DNA of 36,167 nt from Asterionella formosa (taxonomy: Eukaryota), in assembly GCA_002256025.1 (NCBI GenBank), contig NKIB01015391.1, forward strand, positions 1 through 36,167, read 5' to 3'. Below, piece by piece: positions 24,046 to 33,971 of the stretch (the stretch's first letter is position 1; every line of letters begins with the position of its first letter). The notes beneath the pieces are model-generated. The model saw only the letters and a program-made list of their open reading frames with translations. It did no database searches and had not been told where the DNA came from. The position numbers and the translations under genes are program-made.

Positions 24046-24490
24046 GTAATTGGGCTTTACGTTTGACAGCCTGTTCATGAGATAATTTAGGATAAAGGCA
24101 GAAGCAAGCGCACTGATTGACAGCAAAGGAGGGATTGGGGTGAGTGCTCAAGGTAATTTAATTGAGGATATCAATAGCAGAACAATGATTCAAGAGTTGC
24201 TTGCGAGTGGGGCCATCGATATCAGATTGTAAGAGACATTTATGAACAACTGGTGTTTTTGAGCCATCACGGATACCAAGGGGGATGTCAAGGACGCGTG
24301 GGATCAAAACAGGTTGGGTCAGATGGATGGTGCTGTCTGGATGTTTAGAGACGCGAATGCCAAGATAGTCAGCAACATCGCCCTAATCAGTAAGAATAAA
24401 ATCGGTTTGAAGGAACAGGATAAGGTAAGAGATGGAACCTTTGTTGGATCGAGAAAATAGAAGGCAATTGTTGAGTAATTAAGGCTGAAA
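24046..24490 (-). mobile_element. Ty1/Copia reverse transcriptase fragment (RVT_2 C-terminal half), decayed
   Basis: Manual translation: LNNCLLFS (YVDDC-like), FILTD*GDVADYLGI, TIHLTQPVLIPRVL, DIDGP, THPNPSFAVNQCACFCLYPKLSHEQAVKR (TRPDIxFAVxQCARF..PK..H..AVKR). Confidence 0.85.
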
Positions 24491-25739
24491 CAATATTGTC
24501 TTCATTTGTCGGAATTAGAGCAACAATTAAATACCGGTACCGGTAGTAAATTCTATGCAATACCGGCTATTGAGCAATTTTAATTATACCATCGTTATTT
24601 GCTTGCATGAGGGGCCACAAGATAGCTAGACCTCCTGTTGGGCTAGTATTAGCAAAAGCCTGACCATATGTAGGTATTTACCGGTAATATTTTGCGCCTA
24701 AAAACCCTTGTGAAAATCAAATTGACCGTGTCCGTATGATTATTTTGTTGGTTAACTCGACAATATTACAACCTCCCGCACCTCTGGATTTATCAACATG
24801 ACCACCATGATCAAGGTTTTCAGTAAACGCATCAAGCGGCGCGGGAGCACACGATTTCGTTTGTATACGACCTATTTAGTGTTGAGCATGATGGCGAATC
24901 CACGCCTACATGACCAACCAAATCACGTGCAAAACCTCTTGAGCTTGACAGTAGGGTATCTGCAGTTGAATCTGTAAAGGAATTCCTTAAGTTGGGAAAT
25001 ATAGCAGTTACAATATAGCTACTTCAGCGAAATTGCTGTGCAACGGACTTCGATTTCAAGCTCATCATGAATAAACTCAACCATGCTGACAACAACGATA
25101 TGGATGGTATAATCATTATTTAAATGTATGAAGAAAATTTATTCTTGTGTATGTTATTTATGCACAAAATATTACTGATGCTAAAATTATGTTGTACTGG
25201 TAGCTATGGTGGCTATCTAATGTAGTTTCAGGATGCAGCCAGCCGTATAATTTTTATTTTAGTGAAAATATTTCGTTCATAACTCTATATTGATAAAATC
25301 TGGGCCGCCTCCTGTTATTGCCGGTAACTATTTGAAAATGAAATACTAGTTTGTGACAATAAGCAAATTGTTTTAGCTAAGAACAAAAATTTGAGGTACT
25401 GAGCAAATTATTTTAACGACGTGAAATTTCTCTAAGTAATGAGCAAATGCTATGAGCGATAAATAAAAATATCGAATTCGAGGGTTTATTTTGGAGGGAG
25501 CGCCAAATCACTATGTACGGTTATATTTGAATTCACTTGCTTAGAAGGAGCAATGATCGGAAGCCACCCGACTCCAACGGTCAGTCATAGTTGCGAAGCC
25601 CTGCAGGCGGGCTGAAACCAAATAAGCACGCAGTTGGCGCAATAACCGCACTTTCCAGTATACGCTCATTCCAGTACCTGATATTCCCTTTGGTTGAAAT
25701 AGATAGTTGTGGCAATTTTTCTCCAGGTCAACTTGTTTT

Positions 25740-25975
25740 GGCACAGTCACTAATTTCGCAGAAATTTCACATATCAACAATAAAACATCCGAAAATATTG
25801 CAAATGAAATTCGAAAATGATTGGTTAACCTGATATCACTTTCCAGAATGTTGTATACATGACAATGGAGGTGAATTTACTGGTATTCCTTTCCTACACA
25901 TGTTAATGTTGAATAGAATTAAAGATGTCATTACTACAGTCAAGAATCCACAAGCTAATGCTATTTTTGAACAAA
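25740..25975 (+). mobile_element. Ty3/Gypsy-type integrase core (rve) fragment, decayed
   Basis: TVTNFAEISHINNKTSENIA, a frameshift, then FENDWLT*YHFPECCIHDNGGEFTG...TTVKNPQANAIFEQ, which contains the second D and the E of the DDE triad. Confidence 0.88.
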
Positions 25976-27398
25976 CCTTTTCATAGGTGAAAAGCTTTCC
26001 CTTAGTGTAGGAGACGAGTGAGTGATGATATGCACTTGAAGGATTTAGTATTACATATATTATAACAAACAGAGCTCTATCAAGAGCGAGCTTGTCTAAC
26101 CCCTTTTGAATACTTTGGTGTCAACCTAGGAGAACGAGCAGCACAGAAGAAGGATTTTCCAATAAGCATATATATTCAACAAATAATACTATGTCTGGTT
26201 AGGTATTTCACTAGTAGGTACCCTGATAGTATGAATTTAAGTTCACTCATGGCATCATCATTGTCATCAGGAGTTTAGAGGTAAGCCGACATCCTGGTCA
26301 GTGACTGGCTCTGGTGAAATTAGTATGGATCTCACATGGACAATGAACAAGAGGCAGCATAACATGCAAGAGGATGCATCGCTATGAGACTATAGCTGGT
26401 ATAAATTAAAGTTAAATTAATCTAAATGTCAGATAACTGATCGAAAATAACTTGATTATCAGAGAGTTACGACGTTATTATGTATCAAATCGCCAAAATA
26501 ATTTGTTATATTGCACACATGATATAGTAATTTTATAAATCAGAGCGCGCCCGCTACTAAACTTGTTTAGAGCCTGCATCAACTTCTCAATGACTTCCTG
26601 CAAGGTCTACCAAGTGCAATAAGCATTCTCCAAAAGGTTGATTTGTGGGAACAGTCATTGAGTCATGTAACAATGAATGGAAAATGGCTATGATGTGTGA
26701 GTGAGTTGATGGCGATGCATGTATCAAAAATCTTATCCAACACACATGTACTTACAAAAAAGCGTGCATGTGCAGGCCCACAACACAGGATTTCATGAAT
26801 TAATTTAGATTTTGGAAGGATAATACTATGATCTAGTACAAGGCACCTACCTGACAATCGTCCGGAAGAACGCCTTAAAGATGATCTTCACTGTACTTGG
26901 AGTAACTTCAACCGGAAAACACTCTACAGTAGCATCACCGTGTTTGTTTTGATGATCAACAGTTTCATCATTTTCTCAAAAACTGGGCGATTGTCCGGTG
27001 GAGCTCCATGGAATCCTGGTACCTCCTAAAAACTGTAAGCCACCGCTATGGCGACTTTGAACTGTAGACCACCGCTAAACGGAGTAAATGCACGGTTTGA
27101 ACTTAGTTTGCAAGTTACGTTATTTATTTGTCACGAACGAGTTATTCTACTTTATATAGCGAGTAAATGCTAATCCTACTTGTCTTGTTGCATTGTGTGC
27201 ATTGTTCATTTGGTATTATCGCCCAAAGGTTGCTGTCGAGACTCGAAATTGCAAAATTTGGATCTTTTTGCGTTTACATTTACGTTACGTTTTTGACCGA
27301 GGGAAAACGTCAATTAGAAATTCATGGCACGTCCAAATTATTAGTACAAAATTTAAATGCAAACACAACAATCACCCGCCCATCACAATACCAATCAT

Positions 27399-28470
27399 CA
27401 TGACCTGGAAAGCAACTCGATAAGGCAAAGCCTTGCCTCTAAAGAAGTCAACATTAAGATTTATCTTCACAATGTGATTAGGGAGCTAGAAGCTAAGAAG
27501 GCTATCAATGGTGTAAATATGCCTTATGGTGCAGTTTCTGGGACATTATTAGCTAAGTAACGCATTTTCCATTGGATATTTGTTAATCAAGTGAAGAATG
27601 AATTAAAACAAAGTGATAAACTAGAAGTTAAGTCTACTTCAATGTATACTACTACTCCTCTTTTGTCCCTCATTCAACCATCAACTGCAACCATGCCTAC
27701 ATTGACACCTGCCCTTCGTGGCCCTACTACACCACTTTTTTGAATGCTCATTATTTCCCTGCAACCTCATTCACAAGTTTTCGAAGAAGAAGAGTATTAC
27801 AACAATGAAGGTGTGAGGGAGCATTAAGATAGTCAGTTAGCAATCATAGGCACTTCGGCATATGAAACTTGAGACAATGGTTTGCTTACCTGGGGAAGTT
27901 TTGAGGCCAAGAATAAAAACAAAACCATTACAAATAAAATAACCCAACAACAACGAAACATCAATGCGCCTACATAAGATGAGTTAAACCTCCAAACTGG
28001 CTTTTCTGGAACACTTGTTGTACGAATTAACAAGTTTGGCAAACGTTAGGATGTGCGAAATGGAATCGACCTGGAGGCCAAAGCTAGAAAGAGAAAGGAG
28101 ATAGTAGATTCCCACATTGAGGGACACAAGAAGAAGATAACAATAGGATTACTGTCCTCTGCATAAAATTTTGCCCTTGGACCAGATATTCTTGCTGCTA
28201 CACTGGAACGGAAGCTAATTTCGTACAATGTCATTTACACAAAAGAAACAAAAACGCAAAAAGAATTCAATACTTTTCGCGGAAAAGTACTTACATTGAA
28301 TGAACAGAGGAACAGAACAAAAAAAAGGACAAATGTCAGTTGCAGAATTGAAAGTAATGCTGTATTGGTACAAACGATCTGGTGAATTTCTGGTTCCACA
28401 AACAAGACAAGACCTAATTACAAGATTCAACAACACCAATCACCATGGTGACCAGCAGCCGCCATTCCTC
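27399..28470 (+). mobile_element. Probable internally deleted, decayed DNA transposon ORF (pogo/Tc1-mariner-like), copy 1
   Basis: N-terminal MPYGAV...HW segment and C-terminal MSVAELKVMLYWYKRSGEFLVPQTRQDLITRF, resembling termini I recall from diatom pogo-like ORFs. No DDE core is visible; many stops. Confidence 0.4.
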
Positions 28471-28659
28471 TCCATACACCTCCTCCTGCTGTGGTGGTTG
28501 TTGCTGCGCCTCCTCCTGTTGCTATTCTTTCCCCTCCTATTACTGCTACTGCTGATCCACCATTCTATGATGAAGTTTGAGACACTGCAATTAATTGGAA
28601 ACAAGACTTGTGATTTATGCAATGCATCAGAAGAATTCTCCAACAACGATGCTGCCCAG

Positions 28660-29232
28660 CAAAAGTGAAAAACATTAAGGAATAAGAAACGAGTTTTTGC
28701 AGTATGAACGGATTATAAATACACATGGCTTGGGTGGACACTATAGAAAGGTAACGCAAGACTTAAGAAGGGCACACTCACCGTTATAGTTTTGAGGCAA
28801 AAGGAGTCGCTTGGTATTCCTCCCAAGACGAAGATAAATTTAGAAACAATCAAAAGCTGATTATTGCGCTCTCATGATTTGAACCTTTCTACCGGACTTT
28901 CAGGAATGCTGACAGATTCATTGGTTTAACATCGAAATCGCGAGAGTGCAAGGAAGGGAGTTAATTCGACAGAGCAGATACGACCCAGCAGCGACATGAT
29001 TCCCGTGGAGACTGTGAGAGCAAGCCCAAAGGAAAAAGAAGCCTTCAACATTTCCGAGTTGAGAACCCTTGTGTTGTGTTATAAACGTGATGGTGATGCA
29101 GCTATTCCAAACAAACTACAGGAGCTTCTTGAAAGGTATATTGCAACTTTTATGAGAGAAGAATTGGCCAGTCCCTTCCCTTTGACAGTGGTGGTGCAGG
29201 TGGGAAGAGAGGAGGGGGTTACAGGACTGTGA
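28660..29232 (+). mobile_element. Probable internally deleted, decayed DNA transposon ORF (pogo-like), copy 2
   Basis: RLKKGTLTVIV..K..LGI....INLETIKS* followed by FNISELRTLVLCYKRDGDAAIPNKLQELLERY, which is paralogous to the motif in copy 1. Confidence 0.4.
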
Positions 29233-29296
29233 AGCAGTGTTCAGCAATGAATTCTCATTGCAAGAACTATATTATGTTTTTTTGAGTGATATCATT

Positions 29297-29462
29297 ATTA
29301 TTATGAAACGTTGTAATCTGTCTTCCCTGTAGACCATAAATTAATTCTAGCTACTGTGGTTTTAAGATGTTTTAATATACCATTATTATGAAACGTTGTA
29401 ATCTGTCTTCCCTGTAGACCATAAATTAATTCTACTGTGGTTTTAAGATGTTTTAATATACC
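29297..29462. repeat. Near-perfect tandem duplication (85 + 81 bp)
   Basis: 29297-29381 and 29382-29462 are identical except for a 4-bp indel (TTCTAGCTACTG vs TTCTACTG). Confidence 0.95.
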
Positions 29463-30668
29463 ACTTTGAACCTCTTTAATGGGTAAATGTGTCATCATAT
29501 AGTACATTCATATCTTCTGTTGTCAATGGGATCTGGTGGAACCATTTGTCCAATCATAATCCCCCACCTCTCGTTGGTAACATCTGGAGCATCAAAGATG
29601 ATTGAAATGAATCCATATAGGAACCCGCAAAAAGACTGTTTGTCATTGGACAATGTCTGTGAGTCGCTACAAAGTACCCTGGTACAAAGCCCACCTGATA
29701 TCTGGTATCAGGTACCAGTCGCTACAAAGTACCAGGTACCCTCATGTTAAAGTATTACCTTTTTGATAGATCTATATCATTAGACAAAGAAGACTATAGA
29801 TAGAGATGTTCATTTCTCTTTCCGTTTCTATATTCTTATTGTGAGTTTACTAATCTAGTTTAGGTTGTTCTGTTTGAACAAACAAACGATCTATTCTCCA
29901 AATGCTGTTTGCATTTCTAGAAACATACAATCATAGATAGACCCATGTCTATCTCACACTTACTGATTATAGGTATTTAACCATGATCATTCATTTTCAA
30001 ACTATTGGTCTTCCGAAATAGCTTATATTGTCTGGCTCATTATACCGGTAGTTGGAGTAACAAGGTAGAATGTGTGGTTGATGAGAGCTTGGTACATCAA
30101 AGTTGACTCATTCGAATAATCGTTTGACTCGTTTGACTTCGAGTCCTAACTACCGGTACGTAGATGAGCTCACTGTAACACCCTCATACAAAGCCCACTG
30201 GGTGCTAGGGTACCAGGTACCAGGAACGGTACTTGGTACAGTACAAGTGTATTTGCTGGTCGTAAGTACTGGTGGCTGGCACCTGGTACCCTGGTACCTC
30301 ATGAAATCAATACCTTTGAGGAATGTTCCGCAACGGTTCGAATGCTCCTATGGGGTCGACCAACTACAGAATTGTCGGAGTTGAAAAATTGATATTCGGA
30401 GTGGACATTCCGAGGATGCCCACCTCATTGGACGGTTTCAATAAAACTACTTATCCTCGCCGTTTAAAAAAAGAATCGGAGTACCGGTACCGGAACCGGT
30501 ACAGACTACCGGCACCGGTATCCGAGTTTGATTGTATTTGAAAGGAGAAAGTTTAATAAATATCCAGAGGAAGGATCATGTTAGCGGAAGACATGTGAAG
30601 CTGTCTATTTATGATACCGGTACATGTTGGATATCTGATGTGTTCTGTCAAATCAATATAATGGAAGC

Positions 30669-30953
30669 TATCTCGACAGTGGGATTACATCTGCACCGTT
30701 GATTTCGGGAAAGGTGATCGCATGATCATGAGAAAAGCGACCAATTACGCGTTGATTTAGCTAGGACGGGCCCTCGCTATAAATGTTAGTTATCAAATAA
30801 ATATTATATAAAGTTATTTCGACATTGGGAGTACATCATCACCACAGATTTCGGTACAGGTGATCGCATGATCATGAGAAAAGTTAGCGATAAAGATTAT
30901 GCATCGATTCAGCTAGGATGGGCCCTTGCTATCAGCATTTAATCCGTCAAATA
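30669..30953. repeat. Diverged tandem duplication, period about 146 bp
   Basis: Identical 26-bp core AGGTGATCGCATGATCATGAGAAAAG at 30712 and 30858, with shared AGCTAGGAYGGGCCCTYGCTAT and TCAAATAA. Confidence 0.9.
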
Positions 30954-31092
30954 ATACAGTGCCGTAACAGTTAAGGCACTTCTTGAGATAACAACTTAGG
31001 ACTGCTTAAATTCCAACAGTTGTGTCGTTGCAGTCGTTCTTGACTGCATTAATATTGGTGCGTGGTTGAACTGTAATCAAGAATTCTGTCTT

Positions 31093-32535
31093 TTACCACC
31101 ATGTAACGTAGGAAATCGCTGCGTCAACAACAGATACGAAAGTAAAAACTGCGATTGCAGGAATTAGAAGCAAGATCATTACAATGGCGTGTTGGTTTAA
31201 ATACCATTCTGATAGCTTCTGAGGTAGGTCAACCCATAGAGACACGCCTTCGTCTGTGTAGGTTTCTTCGCCAATGCCAAACATACGTGAATAAACACGA
31301 TGAGGAGCCTGAGAAAGGTGGGACAGGTATTGGAAGCTTATCGGGGTTTTATATCCTCCAATTATGAGGTGACCTGAGTCTTGGAGAACGACATAGCTAG
31401 ATGCCATTATGCCACTGACCACAATTGTACCTGCGCCTGTGAACGGAGCGTAGACCCCTTGACGAAGCACCTTCGCAATCTCCTCGACCATCACATATTT
31501 CCCAGCGGCAGTCTCGAGGTGATCTCCGACTACAACATGTGATGCAGGAATAAAACCACGTTCAATCACCTTGACCAGGTGATTCCCGGTGATCTCCAGT
31601 CCAGTCGGAAGGAGCTGAAGGAACTCGGCCTCCACAGAGTGATGCTTGTGTCCAAACGAATATACCTTACTGTACGTACCAGCAGCAACCAGAACTTCGT
31701 CGTCGAGGGCAAGGTCTTTCATCTTTGTAGTTCCCTTGTTCTTGACTTCGACCGATGTCTCACTCGAAAAACAAGATTTGAACGAAGGAGCGCTCTGAAC
31801 CCCACTTTGGCCAGTCGTGCAGTATCCGGGAGCAAAAACTGCGTTTGTATCGGACCGAGTGCACACTCCAGTACAGCAGTCACCATATGCGCTACATTTT
31901 TGACCTGTTGCCAGACAAGCCGTAGTGGTTGAACCGGAACCGCCGCTGGAAGGGCCACTGTAGGTAATGGAGGTGCCCTGTGCGACCGATTGTAGAATGA
32001 AGTTGGAAACGTACCACTCCGACGATCCATAGCTGTAAACAGTTGACACAACTGTAGTAACATCCATATCGAGTGATTTTCCGGCCTGGGGAACATAGAG
32101 GGTTCCTGTAATCTCAGTCTTGACACTGCGACTGTTGTGACATAAACCACCGACGTTGATCATTTGGCAATATTGTGCAACCTGCACGTCTCCGTCTGAA
32201 GTGCTCAGGGCGTCTCCCATATCGGCTCCTGCGTTGTCTGCTAGTCGGATCAAAAATCCTCGCATGATATCTTGAGTGGCGACAAGCCTGATGGTGTGTC
32301 TCACTCCAGCGGTGAATTTAAATGCAGTATCTTCGTAGACCTGGTGACTGTCGATGTATAGCTTAAAGCCAGCACTGGAAATGCGTCCTCCACCAGAGTT
32401 TCGAGTTGATGCATGGGCTCCTTGAGCAACAGCTTGTCGTCCGGATAAACATGATTGGGTTCCTTGAGGAAACGCCGACACCATGTATGGTACGAGAGCG
32501 ACAAGGGAGATGACTTGCACCAGATAGGAGAGCAT
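31093..32535 (-). CDS. Secretory-pathway Hint (Hedgehog/intein, Hog-type) autoprocessing protein, 480 aa: signal peptide, Reeler-like domain, knottin-like 6-Cys module, Hint + SRR-like region, TM helix
   Basis: Hint: S|CFS (Cys255), KMKDLALDDEVL, LEITGNHLV (TxxH), VVVGDHL, GVYAPFTGAGTIVVSGIMASSY. SRR-like: YLSHLSQAPHR. Reeler-like: FPQG..SC, MRGFLIRL, C..GLCHNSRSVK. ATG at 32535 (the ORF-track start at 32601 is TTG). Confidence 0.9.
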   Translation of the reverse strand: MLSYLVQVISLVALVPYMVSAFPQGTQSCLSGRQAVAQGAHASTRNSGGGRISSAGFKLYIDSHQVYEDTAFKFTAGVRHTIRLVATQDIMRGFLIRLADNAGADMGDALSTSDGDVQVAQYCQMINVGGLCHNSRSVKTEITGTLYVPQAGKSLDMDVTTVVSTVYSYGSSEWYVSNFILQSVAQGTSITYSGPSSGGSGSTTTACLATGQKCSAYGDCCTGVCTRSDTNAVFAPGYCTTGQSGVQSAPSFKSCFSSETSVEVKNKGTTKMKDLALDDEVLVAAGTYSKVYSFGHKHHSVEAEFLQLLPTGLEITGNHLVKVIERGFIPASHVVVGDHLETAAGKYVMVEEIAKVLRQGVYAPFTGAGTIVVSGIMASSYVVLQDSGHLIIGGYKTPISFQYLSHLSQAPHRVYSRMFGIGEETYTDEGVSLWVDLPQKLSEWYLNQHAIVMILLLIPAIAVFTFVSVVDAAISYVTWW

Positions 32536-33971
32536 GATGAATTTCGAATGAAGGAGAATATGAGAGGATGAAGGTGCACCAGGCTGAAATTCGAAACTCA
32601 AAATCAGGCCTATGAAAAAGTGGTGCCGATTGAATGAGTAGCATTACTATCTGACGCGTTATGCTTGAAACTCCGACCTCTCAAGCTGGCAATCTTGGCA
32701 AGAATATTTCGCTATTTGACTTACAGAAGAAATTGTGCGATTCACATAAGTAAAACTCATTCTACCCTCTAAGTGACCTGAAATCCAACGGAGATATAAG
32801 TATTCAGATCATATATATCCAGTCAGTTGAAATAGTTAGCCACTGTGCAGTCTTAATAAACATTTGAATTTTTCAACAAAATAATAAGTTTGCGTGCGCA
32901 CTAAGACACAGCAACGGTAATTGGCGGGCTCCTTCCTGGCCAATAATTTTTTGTTACAGCTTTTTGAAAGACTAAAAAAGGGATTTCTCGTAGAATCCTA
33001 CAAACATGCTCGCTAATGTGTGTAGCATCCGGCAGTTCAGTTTTGAACTTAATGTGACGGTGATCACGTAGCGCGCTGGCCTGGCTGAACGATCGTTATT
33101 GAAATTGTCCATGTACGTAGTCGACAAATTCCTTTCCACGTGAAATTTAGAATATATAGGAAAATACCAGTACCGCAATACAAAAGTGCCGAGAATGCAC
33201 CTGCAAAGTAGATCGGCAGGTGACCTAATAGTCATTGCCTCGCTTCTTGTAGATACAAAATATCGCCAATTGGAAATTCCCTTTGTACAGGTGAAATACG
33301 TATCAGTCAGAGTACGGGTACTAGGTACTCCTTCCTACCTGTAAACAATTTGTCCTTGTACACATTTTTGATGTACACGACACAACTACCGTACTGTACC
33401 CAAGCTCGATTTTCAGTTCGATATCGACCTGAAAACCGCCGGCGTGTCGACGTTCACATCGTCACTATGTGGTAATTACATTGGTTGTAAATACCGGTCG
33501 TAGCTGAGTTAAGCGTCGTTGGTTGTTGGGCTACCGATTTTTTTTGTACACCGAAGGTAAGGCCGGTGCTAACCGTGGACCAAAACCAAAACCCCAAGAC
33601 AAAATTTTGGTTTGGTTTTTGGCTTGCTTCGGTCAGACTGACAAAAAAACGATCCTAACGGTTCTTGGGAAAACTTATGTAAACGCTGTCAGTCACCCAT
33701 CGACTGTGTCGTATCTAGGACGACAAAAATATGATAAAATTTTTTGGAATTCACATGCACCATGTTGTGCTTACATTGTTTACAGCTCTTAATTTCGTTT
33801 CGTCACTGCAATCAAGAGAAGGAAATGAGAGATGATGATAGTTCGATTGTTTTTCGACTAACGGTAGAAATAGTACAGCTTTACTTACTAGCGAATATGA
33901 CATAAAGTCACATGATGATTCATGAAAAACACATGACGAAGCTAGTAAATTCTGGTTCCACTATACTGTTC

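Noticed and set aside
29297..30953. CRISPR-like arrays from the repeated units
   Set aside because: Only two copies each, no unique spacers, no cas genes, and a eukaryotic context.
31393..31773. A true protein-splicing intein
   Set aside because: No terminal His-Asn followed by Cys/Ser/Thr and no endonuclease; the motifs are Hog-type.
32473..32535. Plastid targeting of the Hint protein because of VSA|FP (ASAFAP-like)
   Set aside because: FPxG..C is the usual start of Reeler-like domains, and the disulfide-rich cargo plus TM tail fit secretion better. Not fully excluded without ASAFind or GFP data.
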